In this document: piece by piece, positions 24,973-37,029 of the stretch | Numbering within the stretch: the stretch's first letter is position 1 | How the letters are laid out: each line of letters opens with the position of its first letter | NCBI GenBank assembly: GCA_004431415.1 | Contig: QPMI01000278.1 | Location: 1 to 64,000, forward strand | Length of the DNA stretch: 64,000 nucleotides | Direction: 5' to 3' | DNA from: Cyanophora paradoxa CCMP329 | Taxonomy: Eukaryota; Plantae; Glaucophyta | The notes under the pieces: model-generated | Told to the model about the DNA's origin: nothing | What the model saw: the letters and a program-made list of their open reading frames with translations, nothing else | Database searches by the model: none | Translations under genes and position numbers: made by a program

Positions 24973-25437
24973 CGAACGCAGGCGGTGGTGCTGGAAGACA
25001 GACGCGATGATGAGCTGCGCACATCGGGAGTGAGGAATTCGAAGAACAAGCGCGGGATGCGTACGCGGCCAGCATACGCGCACGTAACCCGCTCCAGACT
25101 TCTCACGCACCCTTTCCGAGGTGCCCGAAGCGCCGTACGGCGGCGCGGGATGGCCCGCTTCCATCACTTCCCTATCGCTTCCTGTTTTTGCGGCACCCCC
25201 CCGGCCCCCCAGGCCCCAGGGCCCAGGAGAGCACCGAGAGCAGGCCAGGTCAGGCCTGCCAGGCCGGGCAGGCCCTGCCAGGCCAGGCCAGGCCGCCGTG
25301 AGGCATTGGAGGGCAGAACCGGCGCCAAGATGTCAGCGCGCCTGCAATGCTGGTGGGTCCGGCTCTGCGGTCGCTTGGCCCGCCTCCGCGCCTCGGAGGG
25401 TCCCGATCTGAGGCCGTGTTATCGCCACAGCACGGCA

Positions 25438-27304
25438 ATGCCGGATACTCTGTCATCCAACCGGGGATGGCGGGGCCGCCGGGGTGAGCCGAGACCCAGC
25501 GCCGCGTCTTCGAACGCGGTATCCGACGAAGTCAACGCCGCGCCGCGCAGGCGAAGTCACAGGCGAAGACTTCGCCCGGCAGGTTCGACGCCGCGCAGGC
25601 GAAGTCACTGTACATCGGCAACCTCTACCCCAATGTCAGCGAGGCTCTGCTCTATGACCTTTGCGCGACCTTCGGATCAGTTGAGAATGTCAAGCCGATA
25701 AAAGACAAAGCGGTTTGCACGCCCGCTGCGCTAAGAAGGCGGCGATGGAGATGCAGCGTCGCTGACGTGCGCCGCGCCGCGCGAGGAAGACCGGCAACAG
25801 TTCCGGCTACGGGTTCGTGGACTTCTACGATAATACCACAGCGGGGCTCGCCTTGCAGGCGCTGAACGGGCGATACGTCTACGGATATGTGCGTTCTGCA
25901 GTTTCGCGTCGCGCCGGCCGCCTCCCGCCCGCGTTATGACCGCCGCGGGTCGCAGGACCTGAAAGTGAACTGGGCCTTCGCCGGCGGGCAGCGGGAGGAC
26001 ACCTCGGGTGCGTCGCCGGCCTCCCACTCGCTCCGCGGCGGGGAAGGAACGGGCGGGGGCGGGGCAGGCCACTTCCACATCTTCGTGGGGGATCTGAGCT
26101 CGGACGTGGACGACCGGGCGCTCTTCGGCTCCTTCCAGCAGTTCGGCTCCATATCGTGCGCGCCCCGCCGCCTCTCTCCGCCTGCGCGGGGCCGCCCGTT
26201 CTGAGGCGCGGGGCCGGCGGCACAGAGACGCGCGGGTGATGTGGGACCAGGCGACGGGCCGCTCCCGGGGCTACGGCTTCGTCGCCTTCCGGCTGAAGGA
26301 GGTGCCTCGTACCCCGGCGACGACCGCGGGGCGCGGCGGCGCTGAGGCGCCCGGCAGGACGCGGAGCGGGCGATCGAGAAGATGAACGGGGAGTGGGTGG
26401 GGACGCGGCGCATCCGCGTGAACTGGGGCAACAACAAGGCGGGGGACGGGCGGCAGACGGGGGACACGCAGGACTACGCGAGCGTGGTGGCGGCGGCGCC
26501 GTCGACGAACGCCACGGTGTACGTGGGGAATCTGCCCCCCGAGGTCTCCGAGCAGAACATCCGCTCCGTCTTCTCCGGCGCGCCCGCCCGCACGCCCGCC
26601 CGCCGCCAGACGCTTTGCGGGGCGGGGGGTGACGGTGCGCGGCGGGGCGGGGCGCAGAGAACGGGTTCAACGACATCCAGGACATCCGCATCCAGGCCGA
26701 CAAGGGCTTTGCCTTCGTCAAGGCCCGCCCCGCCCCCCTCTGGCCCCGCGCTCCTTTTCCTTCCTTTCTCCCCTCTCTGAGGGGCGGGGCAGATGAGGGA
26801 CCACGAGCGCGCCGCCCGCGCCATCGTCGCCATCCACGGCCGCACCATCGCCGGCCGCTCCGCCCGCGTCCGCCCCGCCCCGCTCCGCACCGCGTTGCCC
26901 TGCCCCCCGGCCGCTTAGTCTCTCGCCCGGCGGCGCAGTGCTCGTGGGGCAAGGAGAAGCTCGGGCCGGCGACCTTCCCCAGCGGCCCGCCGCTGCCGGG
27001 CGCCTACACCACCACCGTCGCATTTCCGGGCGTTGCATTGTACCCCTCGCCCTCGGGGGGCTACTCGGCGCCGCCGGGGGCGTACGACGCGCAGGCGGCG
27101 GGGGCGTACGACCCGCAGACGGCCGCCGCCTACGCCGCGTACTACGCGCAGGTGCGCCCCGGCCCGCCCCGCCCGCCCCCGGCGCCCCCGCTGAGCCGCG
27201 CGTGCAGTACTACCCCCAGTACGCGCAGTACGCCGCCTACTACGCGGCGGCCGGTGCGGGGACCCCGCGCAGAGCCAGGGCCCGCCGCCGCCCCGAGCAA
27301 GTAG
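25438..27304 (+). CDS. UBP1: Three-RRM oligouridylate-binding protein (UBP1/TIA-1/PUB1 family), copy A
   Basis: [86 protein letters not shown], followed by a Y/Q/A-rich tail. Two 1-bp homopolymer differences from copy B lie in the last exon. Confidence 0.92.
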
Positions 27305-27809
27305 CCCCCGCGGCCCGCGCCACGCCCTCCACTTCCCGAGGCCCCCGCCCCGCACCTCCCCAGCTCCGCCTTTCGGCGCCCGCCCGAGCCTCTCTCCCCC
27401 GGCTCCCTTCCCCAGGTCCCGACCCGCCAAAGACCTCCTATGCCCTCCCCGCCGCGCACCCTCCGCCTCCGCATCTCCACTGCGCCCGCCCCGGCCCTGC
27501 CGTCGCCGTGGCACCACCCCGCCCCTCCGCCCTACGCGCCTCACGCCCCGTCCTCCAGCCCTTGATTGACAGCATCCTACATCGATTGTCACAAAGCCAT
27601 CATATTAACTTGCAGTGCGATGTTCCGACGTTCCATGCATTCATCAACCCACTACCGTGCATTCAGCCCGCCGGCGCCATGCATCCCATGCTCTCAGTTC
27701 CAGTGCACGGGGTCCACCTGGCTTGGCATCACTGAGTCATGATCATCAGGAGTCGGTGACTCCGAGGGGGCCCGGGGGATGAAGCCGAGGTCGGGGGTGT
27801 ATTGGGACG

Positions 27810-29510
27810 TTACCAGCAATCTAAATCTACTAGTACTTCCATAGCACACATGTACATATCTTCCGAAGTTCTCAGAGCAAGGACTAGCCTCGTGCGTCGT
27901 GTCTGCACACTGGCACCACGATAGCTCTCGTTCACTACTTTGGTCCTCTGCATCATTGCATGCTCTGCAAATGGATCCTCTGGGCGTCTTCCAAAATCTG
28001 GCTTCCGAAGTTCAGCCAGTGCCGACGCTAGCGCTGTGGTATTGGCAGAAACGTGAAGGAAACGATGGTCCAGACTATGACTCAGTGAACGGAACAGGGG
28101 CACTGTGACACTGCTGTCGCAGCGGCCCTGTTGGAGGGGAACTTCGGAAGGACCCGTGACCTCTAAGTTCTGAGCAGGAAAGGGCAGGTTTAGCTATAGC
28201 CTAGTAGGTTACAATTACGTACTACGGTACACACAGTAGAATTTGAACAGGCCTAGGCACGCAATGCTTCCTCTGATATCGATCATGAGACTTGGAAGGG
28301 GGGCGACATGCTAAAGACGATATCGATGCTCTGCCCTATTCTATCCAATACGATGGGGGGGCGGGGGGGGGGGCGGGAGGGGGAGGGAGGGGGCCGGGAG
28401 GAGGGCTCTTGTGGGCTGGGTGAAGCCTCTTGAAGAGAAAGGAACGAAGAGAGGGGTGGAAAAGGGTCTCAGAGGCCAATGAATTGAAGCTAGCTGTCTC
28501 GGCCCGAGTGCCCACCGCTAGACCACCACCACCGCCGCCTGGAGCGCGGGGAAGCGTGCGATGAAGATACATCCGAGCTCTGCCTGGTCCGATTTCCGAA
28601 AGGCTTAGTCCACGTAGGCTTATCTCTCGACTTGACACAGATGGACACCTTAGTTATATCTCTAGCCATTTGTCTCGGTGTGTGCGAATTCATTTATAAA
28701 GGGCCTCTTCCAAAATCTTGCTTCAGCCAGTGCCGCTGTGGTATTGGCAGAAACGTGAAGGAAACGATGGTCCAGAATATGAGACAAAGTAAAAATACTG
28801 TCAGCACCTAAAACGAGAATATCTATCTCACGAGATGCGAAGTCCACGTGACAAGCGAATGACGGCGGGGGTCGCAAGGGCTACCCCCAAACCACGGAGG
28901 TATTTGTTGTCCAAGAATTCGCCTGCAGTACAGAACAAACCTGACAAGTTGAGGAGAAATTCACCCCGAAGGTCGGCGTTTGACTGCCATGAAGCGCTCC
29001 AGTTTATCGGGCAAGTCCATGATGAAGTCCACGGTTCTATCAAGAGCATTGTCGAACCACCCCCAACGTGCCTAAACACAGCAAGACAGCGCTGGTTGGA
29101 TACTAGAAGGAGAGAAAAAGAACAGGCTGGGGAGGGTGGCAAGCACCTGTTCAAGTTTGACGCCTTGCTTCACGCCTTGCTCCATACCTTGCTTGAAGAG
29201 AGCGGCCTCGCGGGGCGTGCGGGGCTGCAGGCTCTCGGTTTTCCCTTCGTCCTAGTAACTGTGTTAATGCGAGCGCGCACTGGCGCGCGATGCAAGGACA
29301 GCTGGAAGCGCCGCGGACGACGCGGACCTGGTGCTGTGCACGTGCATTTCCAGCTGGCTTGCCAGAAAAGTTGCGGGCCGTGACTCTGCGAGGCTGCAGA
29401 AGATCTTACGCTTAATTAACCGTATCCTCGATCTCCCAGGGAAGGCTCGCAAGCGCACAGATACCTGCTGCAGTCTGCTGGCGCGCTGCTTGACCGCGCG
29501 CGCGTCCATG
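27810..29510 (-). pseudogene. Putative spliced gene of unknown function, copy A, lacking the ~310 bp 5' segment present in copy B
   Basis: Exon-like stretches (WFDNALDRTVDFIMDLPDKLERF; KQGMEQGVKQGVKLEQ) and an internal repeat at 27985-28080 / 28705-28785. The model is not resolved. Confidence 0.3.
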
Positions 29511-29766
29511 TGCTTCTGCAGAAGGCTTGCCTCTGACAACCGGAACGCACCGTCTACGGAGATGCAAGGACAGCCCGAGCGCCCTGAAAGAAGAACACGC
29601 TAGATGGAATGTCTCGGCGCTCAAGGCGCTTTTGGTTGAGGAAGCTGCGCTCAACTACGCTCAGCAGCACCGCCGGACTCCGAATGCCGACTCGGTCGGT
29701 ACCCCCCGGGGGCAGAGCACTGAGAGCAGTGGGCCCAGGGCCCAGACTTCGCTCAAGTTCGCTGAG

Positions 29767-30307
29767 ATGAGGAGACCGGCGCTGGCGTTCGCGCTGTTGA
29801 TAGTAGCGGTAGCGCTGGTGTACAGGGCGGAAGCGGCGGTGCAGCGGACTCCGGCAAGCCCGGAGGCGAAGGAAGTCGTCGAGGCGCGAGAGTTCGCGGT
29901 GCGTCCGACGTCCCAGCCGCGTGAGATCGACGTGCGGGGCGTCTGCTGGGTCTCTGATGGCTCGCGGCGTTGCGCAGCTGGCGGAGATCCGCAAGCTTTG
30001 CGCCTATTGCAGCGAGGCGTGGGACCAGTCGTACAGGAACCTCGCCATCACGCAGATCCACTCTGTAGAGACTGCGCCATCGGCGTTCCGCGACGGGCAG
30101 AACTACTTCTTCAAGCTGGACCTCGAGACGAAAGAGCCTGGGACGTACAAGGGGACGCACAGCGTGATCGTCTTCTCGAAGGAGGACGGCGGCTACAAGG
30201 GCATCAGCATCGACGAGTTCCCCAGATCAACTACGAGGAGGTGCCCGCGGCGCGCCTGTGCTCTCCTCCCGCTGCTCACTGCGCCCGCGCAGGTTTACCC
30301 ACTATGA
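29767..30307 (+). CDS. Small secreted cystatin-fold-like protein, copy A (1-bp deletion near 3' end)
   Basis: Signal peptide MRRPALAFALLIVAVALVYRAEA; helix EVVEAREFA-LAEIRK; GQNYFFKLDL; SVIVF. One C is missing at ~30220 relative to copy B. Confidence 0.6.
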
Positions 30308-30709
30308 TCCTGCTTTGCTTGTGGGTGCTTCTGTGTACATAGTGTATCGTTCCGCTCTTTCGGTGTCCTGCGGGCGAGCATGGCTCAAGAGCAGGGCGGG
30401 TAGGCCAAGTGGTTCCGGTGCACATCATGGCATCTGCGCCGCGGCCGGCACCGGTACCGGCCTCTGCAGTCGCTCATTCGCTTGCACGGCTATTCGAGCT
30501 GCCGGTGTCGTGCCAGTTTGGCTTGAACTCGAGGAACGAGCGCAGATTGAGCGATGCTCCCGCAGCCGGTCGTGCCGCCTTCCGTGTGCGCCCCAACACA
30601 TCATGGAACGAGAGGCGCCGGCTATGCATATATCTATGGGTGGATAAACCTTGGTGAAACGAGCTAAAGGGGTGGGTGCCCCTGGGGGGAGGGGGCGGGG
30701 GGGCCGTCC

Positions 30710-31265
30710 TCAGCCGGAGGACTCGTCCATCTTGCCCTCCTCCTTCTCCTCCTTTTCCTCCTTTGCCTTCCCCTCGTCCGGGTTGTAGCGCTCCGACGTC
30801 TTCACGCCCGGCGCCTGCGCGGCCGCCGTTCAGAGAAAAAGAGGGGCAGGCGCGGGGCGAGGGTGGCCGGGGGCGCGCCGAGGGCCGCGGCGTCATCTCC
30901 TTGCCCTCATCGTCACTCTCCTCGTCCTTCTTCTCCTCGCCCTCGCCCTGCGCCGCCGGCCGTCAGCCGCCGCCGCGGGGGGCGGGCGCGGGCGCCGCGC
31001 CCCTGCGGCGATGTCCTCCTTAGAAAGCTGCGGACCGCGCGGCCGAAGAAGGATGTAGTGAGAGGACTCGGTCAGCGGTCGGGCGGCGACTCGGCGCTCG
31101 GGCGCGGCGCGTCCGCGGGAGAGGCCCGCCCGCAACGAGATCGACCGGAGAGATGTTGTAGAGCGCTCCGCGTGCGCGCTGCCGCCGGGCGCTCTCGAAG
31201 GTGCAAGGAATCCGCACGCCGCCGGCCGGCCAGCGCGGAGCCGAGTCAGAACGAGCCCTAAGCAT
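30710..31265 (-). CDS. Small spliced gene with acidic/lysine-rich tail, copy A, unknown function
   Basis: Exon-like pieces LSKEDIAA, EGEEKKDEESDDEGKEMTP and VKTSERYNPDEGKAKEEKEEKEEGKMDESSG* are bounded by typical acceptors. The start is uncertain. Confidence 0.35.
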
Positions 31266-32644
31266 GCGCTACCCTTTCAACTTCCTTTTCTGCGCGAGGA
31301 ACGACGCGCGGCGCCGCACCTGGGCGCCCGGCTGTCGCTTGTCCGAGGTGCGCCGACGCAGGAGGAGCCCAAGACGCTGAATCCGATGGTTGTGAGCTAT
31401 CCACGTCGGAAAAGGTCGCCGGTGCAAGTTTGGTTGAGGACTCCGGCGTCCGCTCGGCTGCTGCTGGCCGCTCGGACGTGCGGACCGCAAACCTGCATGT
31501 TGGGACGGCCGAAACGCTCCCTGTGGTAGCGATCGGCGATAGTCAGCGGCTATCGGCCTGCGATCGGCGATCGGCGATAGTCAGCGGCACTGTTGATTAT
31601 GCGCATCACGAGCGCACCGAGAGTATCTCCGCTCCTTACGGAGGTCGGCTGAGCAACTGTGCCTGCGAGCAGACGGGCCCAGGCCGGCCGCGTGGCGCGT
31701 CCAGCATGCTGAGCAACTGTGTGCCTGCGAGCAGAGATCTCCGGGAGCAGACGGGCCTGCGAGCAGCTGTGCCGGCCGCATCGGTCGCCGGGGAGCTAGC
31801 TATCGCGTCCAGCTACCCCCCTGGTGCTTCTCATACGTATACGTGTTCTGTGCTCTCCCGGTCATCCGCCCGAATCGCATGGGCCAGGCTCATCCGTATA
31901 TACGTCGCGAACGCAGAGAAGCCGCGAAGCGGCGAACGAAGTGAGCTCTACCTGTGTGGTTCTTCAGAAGGGGTCGATTTTTTTCGCTAACAAAAACGGG
32001 TACAAGATTCACAAAAACTCAATCGAAAGATACGTCTAATCCCTGTTGCCGTCACGGTAGTGTTTTGTGACGCCGTCACGCCCAGGTAATCATTATTAAA
32101 TTAGAAGAATAATAATGGGTTAGGGCATTGAATGCAGCTCAGTGAAAATTCAGTAGAGTCACATGCGCAGCGATGATGCCCTAATTATATAACGCGCTAG
32201 GGATCCGGGATCCGGAGTCGAGGGAACGCAAATTTGGTGTATCCCCAGCCGACTTGTCTAAGTACCCTGGTCGCAGTGCCGCGCCGTCGGTGGTCGTTGC
32301 TGTGTAAAGGCCGGGCTGTTGTTTCGGAGGTCGTATGCGTGATCAGGTACGTCCGGCTTGTGAGCTTAGCGCAGCTTGTCGGAAAGGTCGAGCTGATTAG
32401 CGTGCCGTCTTGTCGCAGGTCTCCGGTTCCGGGGAACCATGTCCAAGGAAGTCGCATCTGCTGCGAAAGGCGTGAAACGAATGGTAGGCACGCTTGCGAT
32501 GTGATCGTGCTGACTACGCTCGGCTATCAGCGTTATCATCCCTCGCGGCTTCGCTCTTTCAGGAGAGCTGCCCCGCAGATCGAAACCATTAGCATCTCCT
32601 CGTTAAGCACTAAAACGCTATAGCCGCGAACGCGCGCGCGTACG

Positions 32645-33240
32645 TGGGCGGAGGCGCGGCGGGCGGCAGCACGGCTCGCCGGGCGGGGCGGAGGCGCGGC
32701 GGGCGGCGGAGCGGCGCGCCGGGCGGGGCGGAGGCGCGGCGGGCGGCGGCGTGGCTCGCCGGGCGGGGCGGAGGCGCGGCGGGCGGCGGCGCGGCTCTCC
32801 GGGCGGGGCGGAGGCGCGGCGGGCGGCGGAGCGGCGCGCCGGGCGGGCGGAGGCGCGGCGGGCGGCGGCGTGGCTCGCCGGGCGGGGCGGAGGCGCGGCG
32901 GGCGGCGGGCTCTCCGGGCGGGCGGAGGCGCGGCGGGCGGCGGCGTGGCTCGCCGGGCGGGGCGCATGTGCAGCGGGCGGCGGCGTGGCGCGCCGGGCGG
33001 GCGCAGGCGGGGCGGTCGGCGGCGCTGCTCACCGGCGAGGCGAAGGCGCGACGGGCGGCGGAGCGGCTCTTCGCGCGGGGCGGAGGCGCGGCGGGCGGCG
33101 AAGCGGCTCTCGGCGCGGGGCGGAGGCGCGGCGGGCGGCGAAGCGGCTCTCGGCGCGGGGCGGAGGTGCGGCGGGCGGCGGCACGGCTCGCCGGGCGGGG
33201 CGGAGGCGCGGCAAGCGGCGGCACGGCTCGCCGGGCGAGG
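32645..33240. repeat. GC-rich ~36-bp minisatellite inside element 1
   Basis: The unit cgggcggggcggaggcgcggcgggcggcggcgtggctcgc and variants repeat in tandem. Confidence 0.9.
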
Positions 33241-34055
33241 CCTAGGGCGCGGCTAGAATTCGAACGCGGCAGGGCGGCGCGGGGCGAGGCGCGGTGGGCG
33301 CTTTTAGAGTCAGGCGCCGGCGGCCTAGAAGCTGTCTTAAGCTTCACGTGTTGCAATTCAGAACGTTTAACCCCCCTTGCGCGCATATCCTGATCATGAG
33401 ACGAGCAGGGGCGGGCGGGGGCGAGTCGAAGCCTTGAAGACCTAGTATATGCATGCTGCAATCACATAACTTAAGTAACAATTAGTAAAGGACTTGGTCG
33501 CCGATCTGGGCCGACCCCGAGGGGAGGTCAATCAACGTTAACGTTGATCATGAAGGCATCAAGGCATCTTCGAATTCAAGCTCGCGATGGGCGGCGCGCG
33601 GTGCGGCTCGCCGGGCGGGGCGGAGGCGCGGCAAGCGGCGGCACGGCTCGCCGGGCGAGGCCTAGGGCGCGGCTAGAATTCGAACGCGGCAGGGCGGCGC
33701 GGGGCGAGGCGCGGTGGGCGCTTTTAGAGTCAGGCGCCGGCGGCCTAGAAGCTGTCTTAAGCTTCACGTGTTTCAATTCAGAACGTTTAACCCCCCTTGC
33801 GCGCACATCCTGATCATGCATATGAGACGAGCAGGGGCGGGCGGGGGCGAGTCGAAGCCTTGAAGACCTAGTATATGCATGCTGCAATCACATAACTTAT
33901 AAATTAATTAAGTAACAATTAGTAAAGGACTTGGTCGCCGATCCGGGCCGAGCCGAGGGGTCACCGGGTCGCGCGCGGAGCGCGCGACCCCGAGGGGAGG
34001 TCAATCAACGTTAACGTTGAAGGCATCAAGGCATCTTCGAATTCAAGCTCGCGAT
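33184..34055. repeat. ~410-450 bp tandem duplication inside element 1
   Basis: 33184-33588 matches 33604-34055. The second copy adds the hairpin gggtcgcgcgc-gga-gcgcgcgaccc. Confidence 0.9.
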
Positions 34056-34230
34056 CGCCGATCGCGAGTCGCGTATACGTACTAGTACTATATATAGCTA
34101 GCTTTCACTGCGTTCGCCCCCACTTGCCACCGGCAAGAGGGCACTTGTACCCCGATCTTCTTGTGATCAATGTGATGATGCGGTCATCGGGTCGCTCCGA
34201 TTCAGCAGGCTGGGAGCGGCGTACGCGTAC

Positions 34231-35076
34231 TATATTGGAAACGGGGTAGGGCCCCCGTTTTCGGTAACTTGCAAAATGACGAGTCTGCTCATCTTCCGAT
34301 CCAGCTCTGAGCTCTTAACCCAGTGTTAGTGCATGCATGAGAGCCCGGAATTCGTTGTCAGAACCCGGATCCCGGAAAAAGCCGAATGCTGCGCGGAAAA
34401 AAGGACCGGACCCTTTCCTGGACTATCCCTTGCAGCGCCTGATCCTGTGGTCGTATAGGGACCGGACCAAGTGCATAAGAAAGCTCTTGCAATGCTCGGC
34501 AGAGCTTGTCATACATGCCAGCGCTCGGGAAGCAGCGCGTGGCGCGCTAGGCCGCATCAAGTACCTGTTGTACCGGATGCCAAAAAAAAGAGCTCCTGCG
34601 AGTTTCGGCCGCATCGAGACACGAGCAGGGGGGAATGGAGCCGAAACCGTGTTGCAGTACCCGTGCTTCAAGCCTGCAAGCTAGCCGACAGGCTCGCTAG
34701 CTGGCCAGCGTAGCTAGGTGAGCTCCGGCGCGGCTAGTGGCTTGCTGGACTTGGGCGCGCGCGCGCCGGCGCCCACGTGCACTGCGGCACGGCCGCGCCG
34801 GCGACGGCGCGGGCCGCGCCGGCCGCGGCGCCGGTGCCGGCGGTCGCAGCTCAGCGGCTTGCTGGACTTGGGCGCGTGGCCATGCATATGGCGGCGCCAG
34901 CTGCGCATGCTGCCTGCAGCTGCAGCTGCAGCTGCGTGAACGTGCATGCGCAGCGCTAGCACCCGACGCGCGCTGCGCGCGGGCCCCCGCGCGCCCCTCG
35001 CACTTCCTACCCCGTTTCCATCCGGCGGCCGACCCAGTCAGAGCCCGATCGAGAGCACAGGCCGCCGGCGCGCTAG
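34231..35076 (+). mobile_element. Non-autonomous Helitron-like element 2 (846 bp)
   Basis: Absent from unit B (empty site cgtac|tatatagctac at ~54736). Perfect 15-bp subterminal inverted repeat tggaaacggggtagg (34236-34250) / cctaccccgtttcca (35006-35020). 3' stem ccggcggcc/ggccgccgg. Ends CTAG before T. Confidence 0.78.
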
Positions 35077-35217
35077 TATATAGCTACGGCGATCGGCCTG
35101 GCGGGGTTCATCATGATCAGGCTGCAGCGCTAGTTATAGCCGATCATCGCAATCCGGAGGGCCGCGCACTGCAGCCGCGGCCGCACTTCAGAGGCCCAGT
35201 CTCTCGCGGACTACTAG

Positions 35218-35432
35218 GCCGAGTCGAATCAGCTGTCGGACGGTCTCTTGCGAATCAGCTGCAGTCGGTGATCAGCTGCAGCCGAGTCGAACCAGCTGTC
35301 GATCACTGAGTCAGCCGAGTCGAACCAGCTGTCGATCAGCCGAGTCGAACAGCTGTCGATCAGCCGATCGCGAGTCAAGCAGCTGTCGCGCGATCGATCA
35401 GCCGAGCCGAACCAGCTGTAGCTGTCGGACGG
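35218..35432. repeat. ~25-bp degenerate tandem repeat (cagccgagtcgaaccagctgtcgat) upstream of the NLR-like ATG, copy A
   Basis: About 6 copies. The counterpart at 54878-55060 has one fewer. Confidence 0.8.
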
Positions 35433-35552
35433 TCTCGAGCTCTCGCAAATTCTTCAGCCTAGGCCTACTGGTACCGGTACCGGCCGCGGGCCTGCAGCTG
35501 GCCCTAGGCCTGCAGCTGGCAGCTGTGCTGTAACGCGGCGATCGCGACATAA

Positions 35553-36770
35553 ATGGGCTCCGGCGCCAGCAAAAGCAAATCCGCGGCCGCCGAGGAGCTC
35601 GAGCTTCCGGTCGGTCACGAGACAGCGGCAGCTTCAGCTGCAGCCGAAGATGCTGCGCCCAGCTCGGCGCCTGCAGCAATCGCAAGCGTTCGCGCATCCG
35701 ATCCTCGATCGGATAGCGACAGTACGTATACAGCCGAGTCGAACCAGCAACGCGTACGCGTACGGCTCAGCGGCTCTGCGGCATATGCGGGCCGGACGAG
35801 CTGCGAGGAATCGACCGGGTGGAAAAGGTGCAATCCGTGGCGCAGCTTGCGTGCCTGCTTCGGTCGGAGCGCGAGCGCGAGCAAATCAAAGGCGCGGGCA
35901 AGGACCCAGTCCCGGAGATGCTGCCGGCGGTCGCCGAGATGGAGCGCAGAGAGAAGCCTGTAGTAGGAGGGCTGAAGAAAATCTGCGAGGCTGGTGTGTG
36001 TGCGCGCGCAGCGCGCGGCGGCGTGACTGACCGCTTCCCTCGCGCGGCGCGCGATGTCGACAGTGGTGAACGCCTTCTCTAACGAGCAGACACTGTGCGA
36101 TGAGGGCGAGCTGACGGAGGTCGGCGCGCTGGTCCTCACGGGCGACCCTGACCTCTGCCGCATGGTCCGCATCCCCGGCCCGCGCCGCGCGCCCCGCCGC
36201 CGGCGCGCCGACGCGCGCGCGCTGCCTCAGCTCGTGGATGCGATCGTCAGACGGGCGGAAAGGGCGCACCTGAAGGACCGGGCAGCACTCTCCGTGCTGG
36301 CGGCCCTCGTGGGGCACCTCCCCCCGGCCACCCTCTTTCCCGAAGACTGGAATAGACTCCTCGCCTTCAGCGCAAAGCAGGCGAGCGCGCCGCGCCGCGC
36401 CGCCGCGGGCGGGCGCGGGCGATGACGGCGGGCGCAGGTGACGGGATTGGACGCGAGCAGCGTCGACGCCCAAGTCTTCCTCGCGCTCACCGCCGCCGTC
36501 CTCGCCGCCGTCGAGTCCATCAAGGACCCCGACGCCTCCTCCGCCGGCCCCTCCGCCGGCCCCTCCGCCGGCCCCTCCGCCGCCCACTCCGGCGGCCCCT
36601 CCGGCGCTGCCGTCGCGTACGAGGCCCCCGCCGCGGCCGCTGCAGCTCGGCACGGGCGCCCCTCTCGCAGTGCCGCCCGATCCCCGACCCGCCTGAGCGC
36701 AGGGGATCGCGATCAGCTGCTGCTGGGCTCGAAGGATGCGACGTCGCTGAGAGAAAAGCTCGAGCATCTC
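35553..36770 (+). pseudogene. Truncated 5' duplicate of the NLR-like gene
   Basis: Matches 55181-56396. It carries an 8-bp frameshifting insertion at ~35769 and is cut at the duplication junction. Confidence 0.85.
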
Positions 36771-37029
36771 TCTCTCGTCGCTGAGGACGGGGCGGGGCGG
36801 GGCGCGCACGGTGCGCTCCACCCCCGAGGGCTCGAGCACCGACGAGGCCCGCGCCACCGCCGCCGGGCCCGTCGTCGTCGGATTCCGGTACCCCGGAAAA
36901 TTTGTACAGCGCGCCCGAAACAGCAAATCCAGGCCTCTCCGGCCTGCGAAAGACGCTAGAACACCAAACCAAAGCATATAGAAGCGATCAGCCGCTTCTC
37001 CGCGCAACGCGCACCCAAACCTTGTCAAC

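Larger units (their letters stand above)
31905..34147 (+). mobile_element. Non-autonomous Helitron-like element 1 (2243 bp)
   Basis: Absent from unit B (empty site tatatacg|taccccg at ~54662). 5' TC; subterminal inverted repeat gcgaacgcag / ctgcgttcgc; 3' hairpin cttgcc-acc-ggcaag; ends CTTG before T; no clear TSD. Confidence 0.7.
22863..36770. repeat. Tandem segmental duplication, unit A (13.9 kb)
   Basis: Collinear and near-identical to 36788-56396 apart from TE insertions and small indels. Confidence 0.95.

Noticed and set aside
16301-27735. Many long Arg/Gly/Pro/Ala-rich ORFs on both strands
   Set aside because: They are shadow frames caused by extreme GC and few stops. The real coding signal is in short spliced exons.
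32536-33461. Repetitive ORFs in the GC minisatellite
   Set aside because: They are translations of a tandem repeat within a non-autonomous element and show no domain signal.
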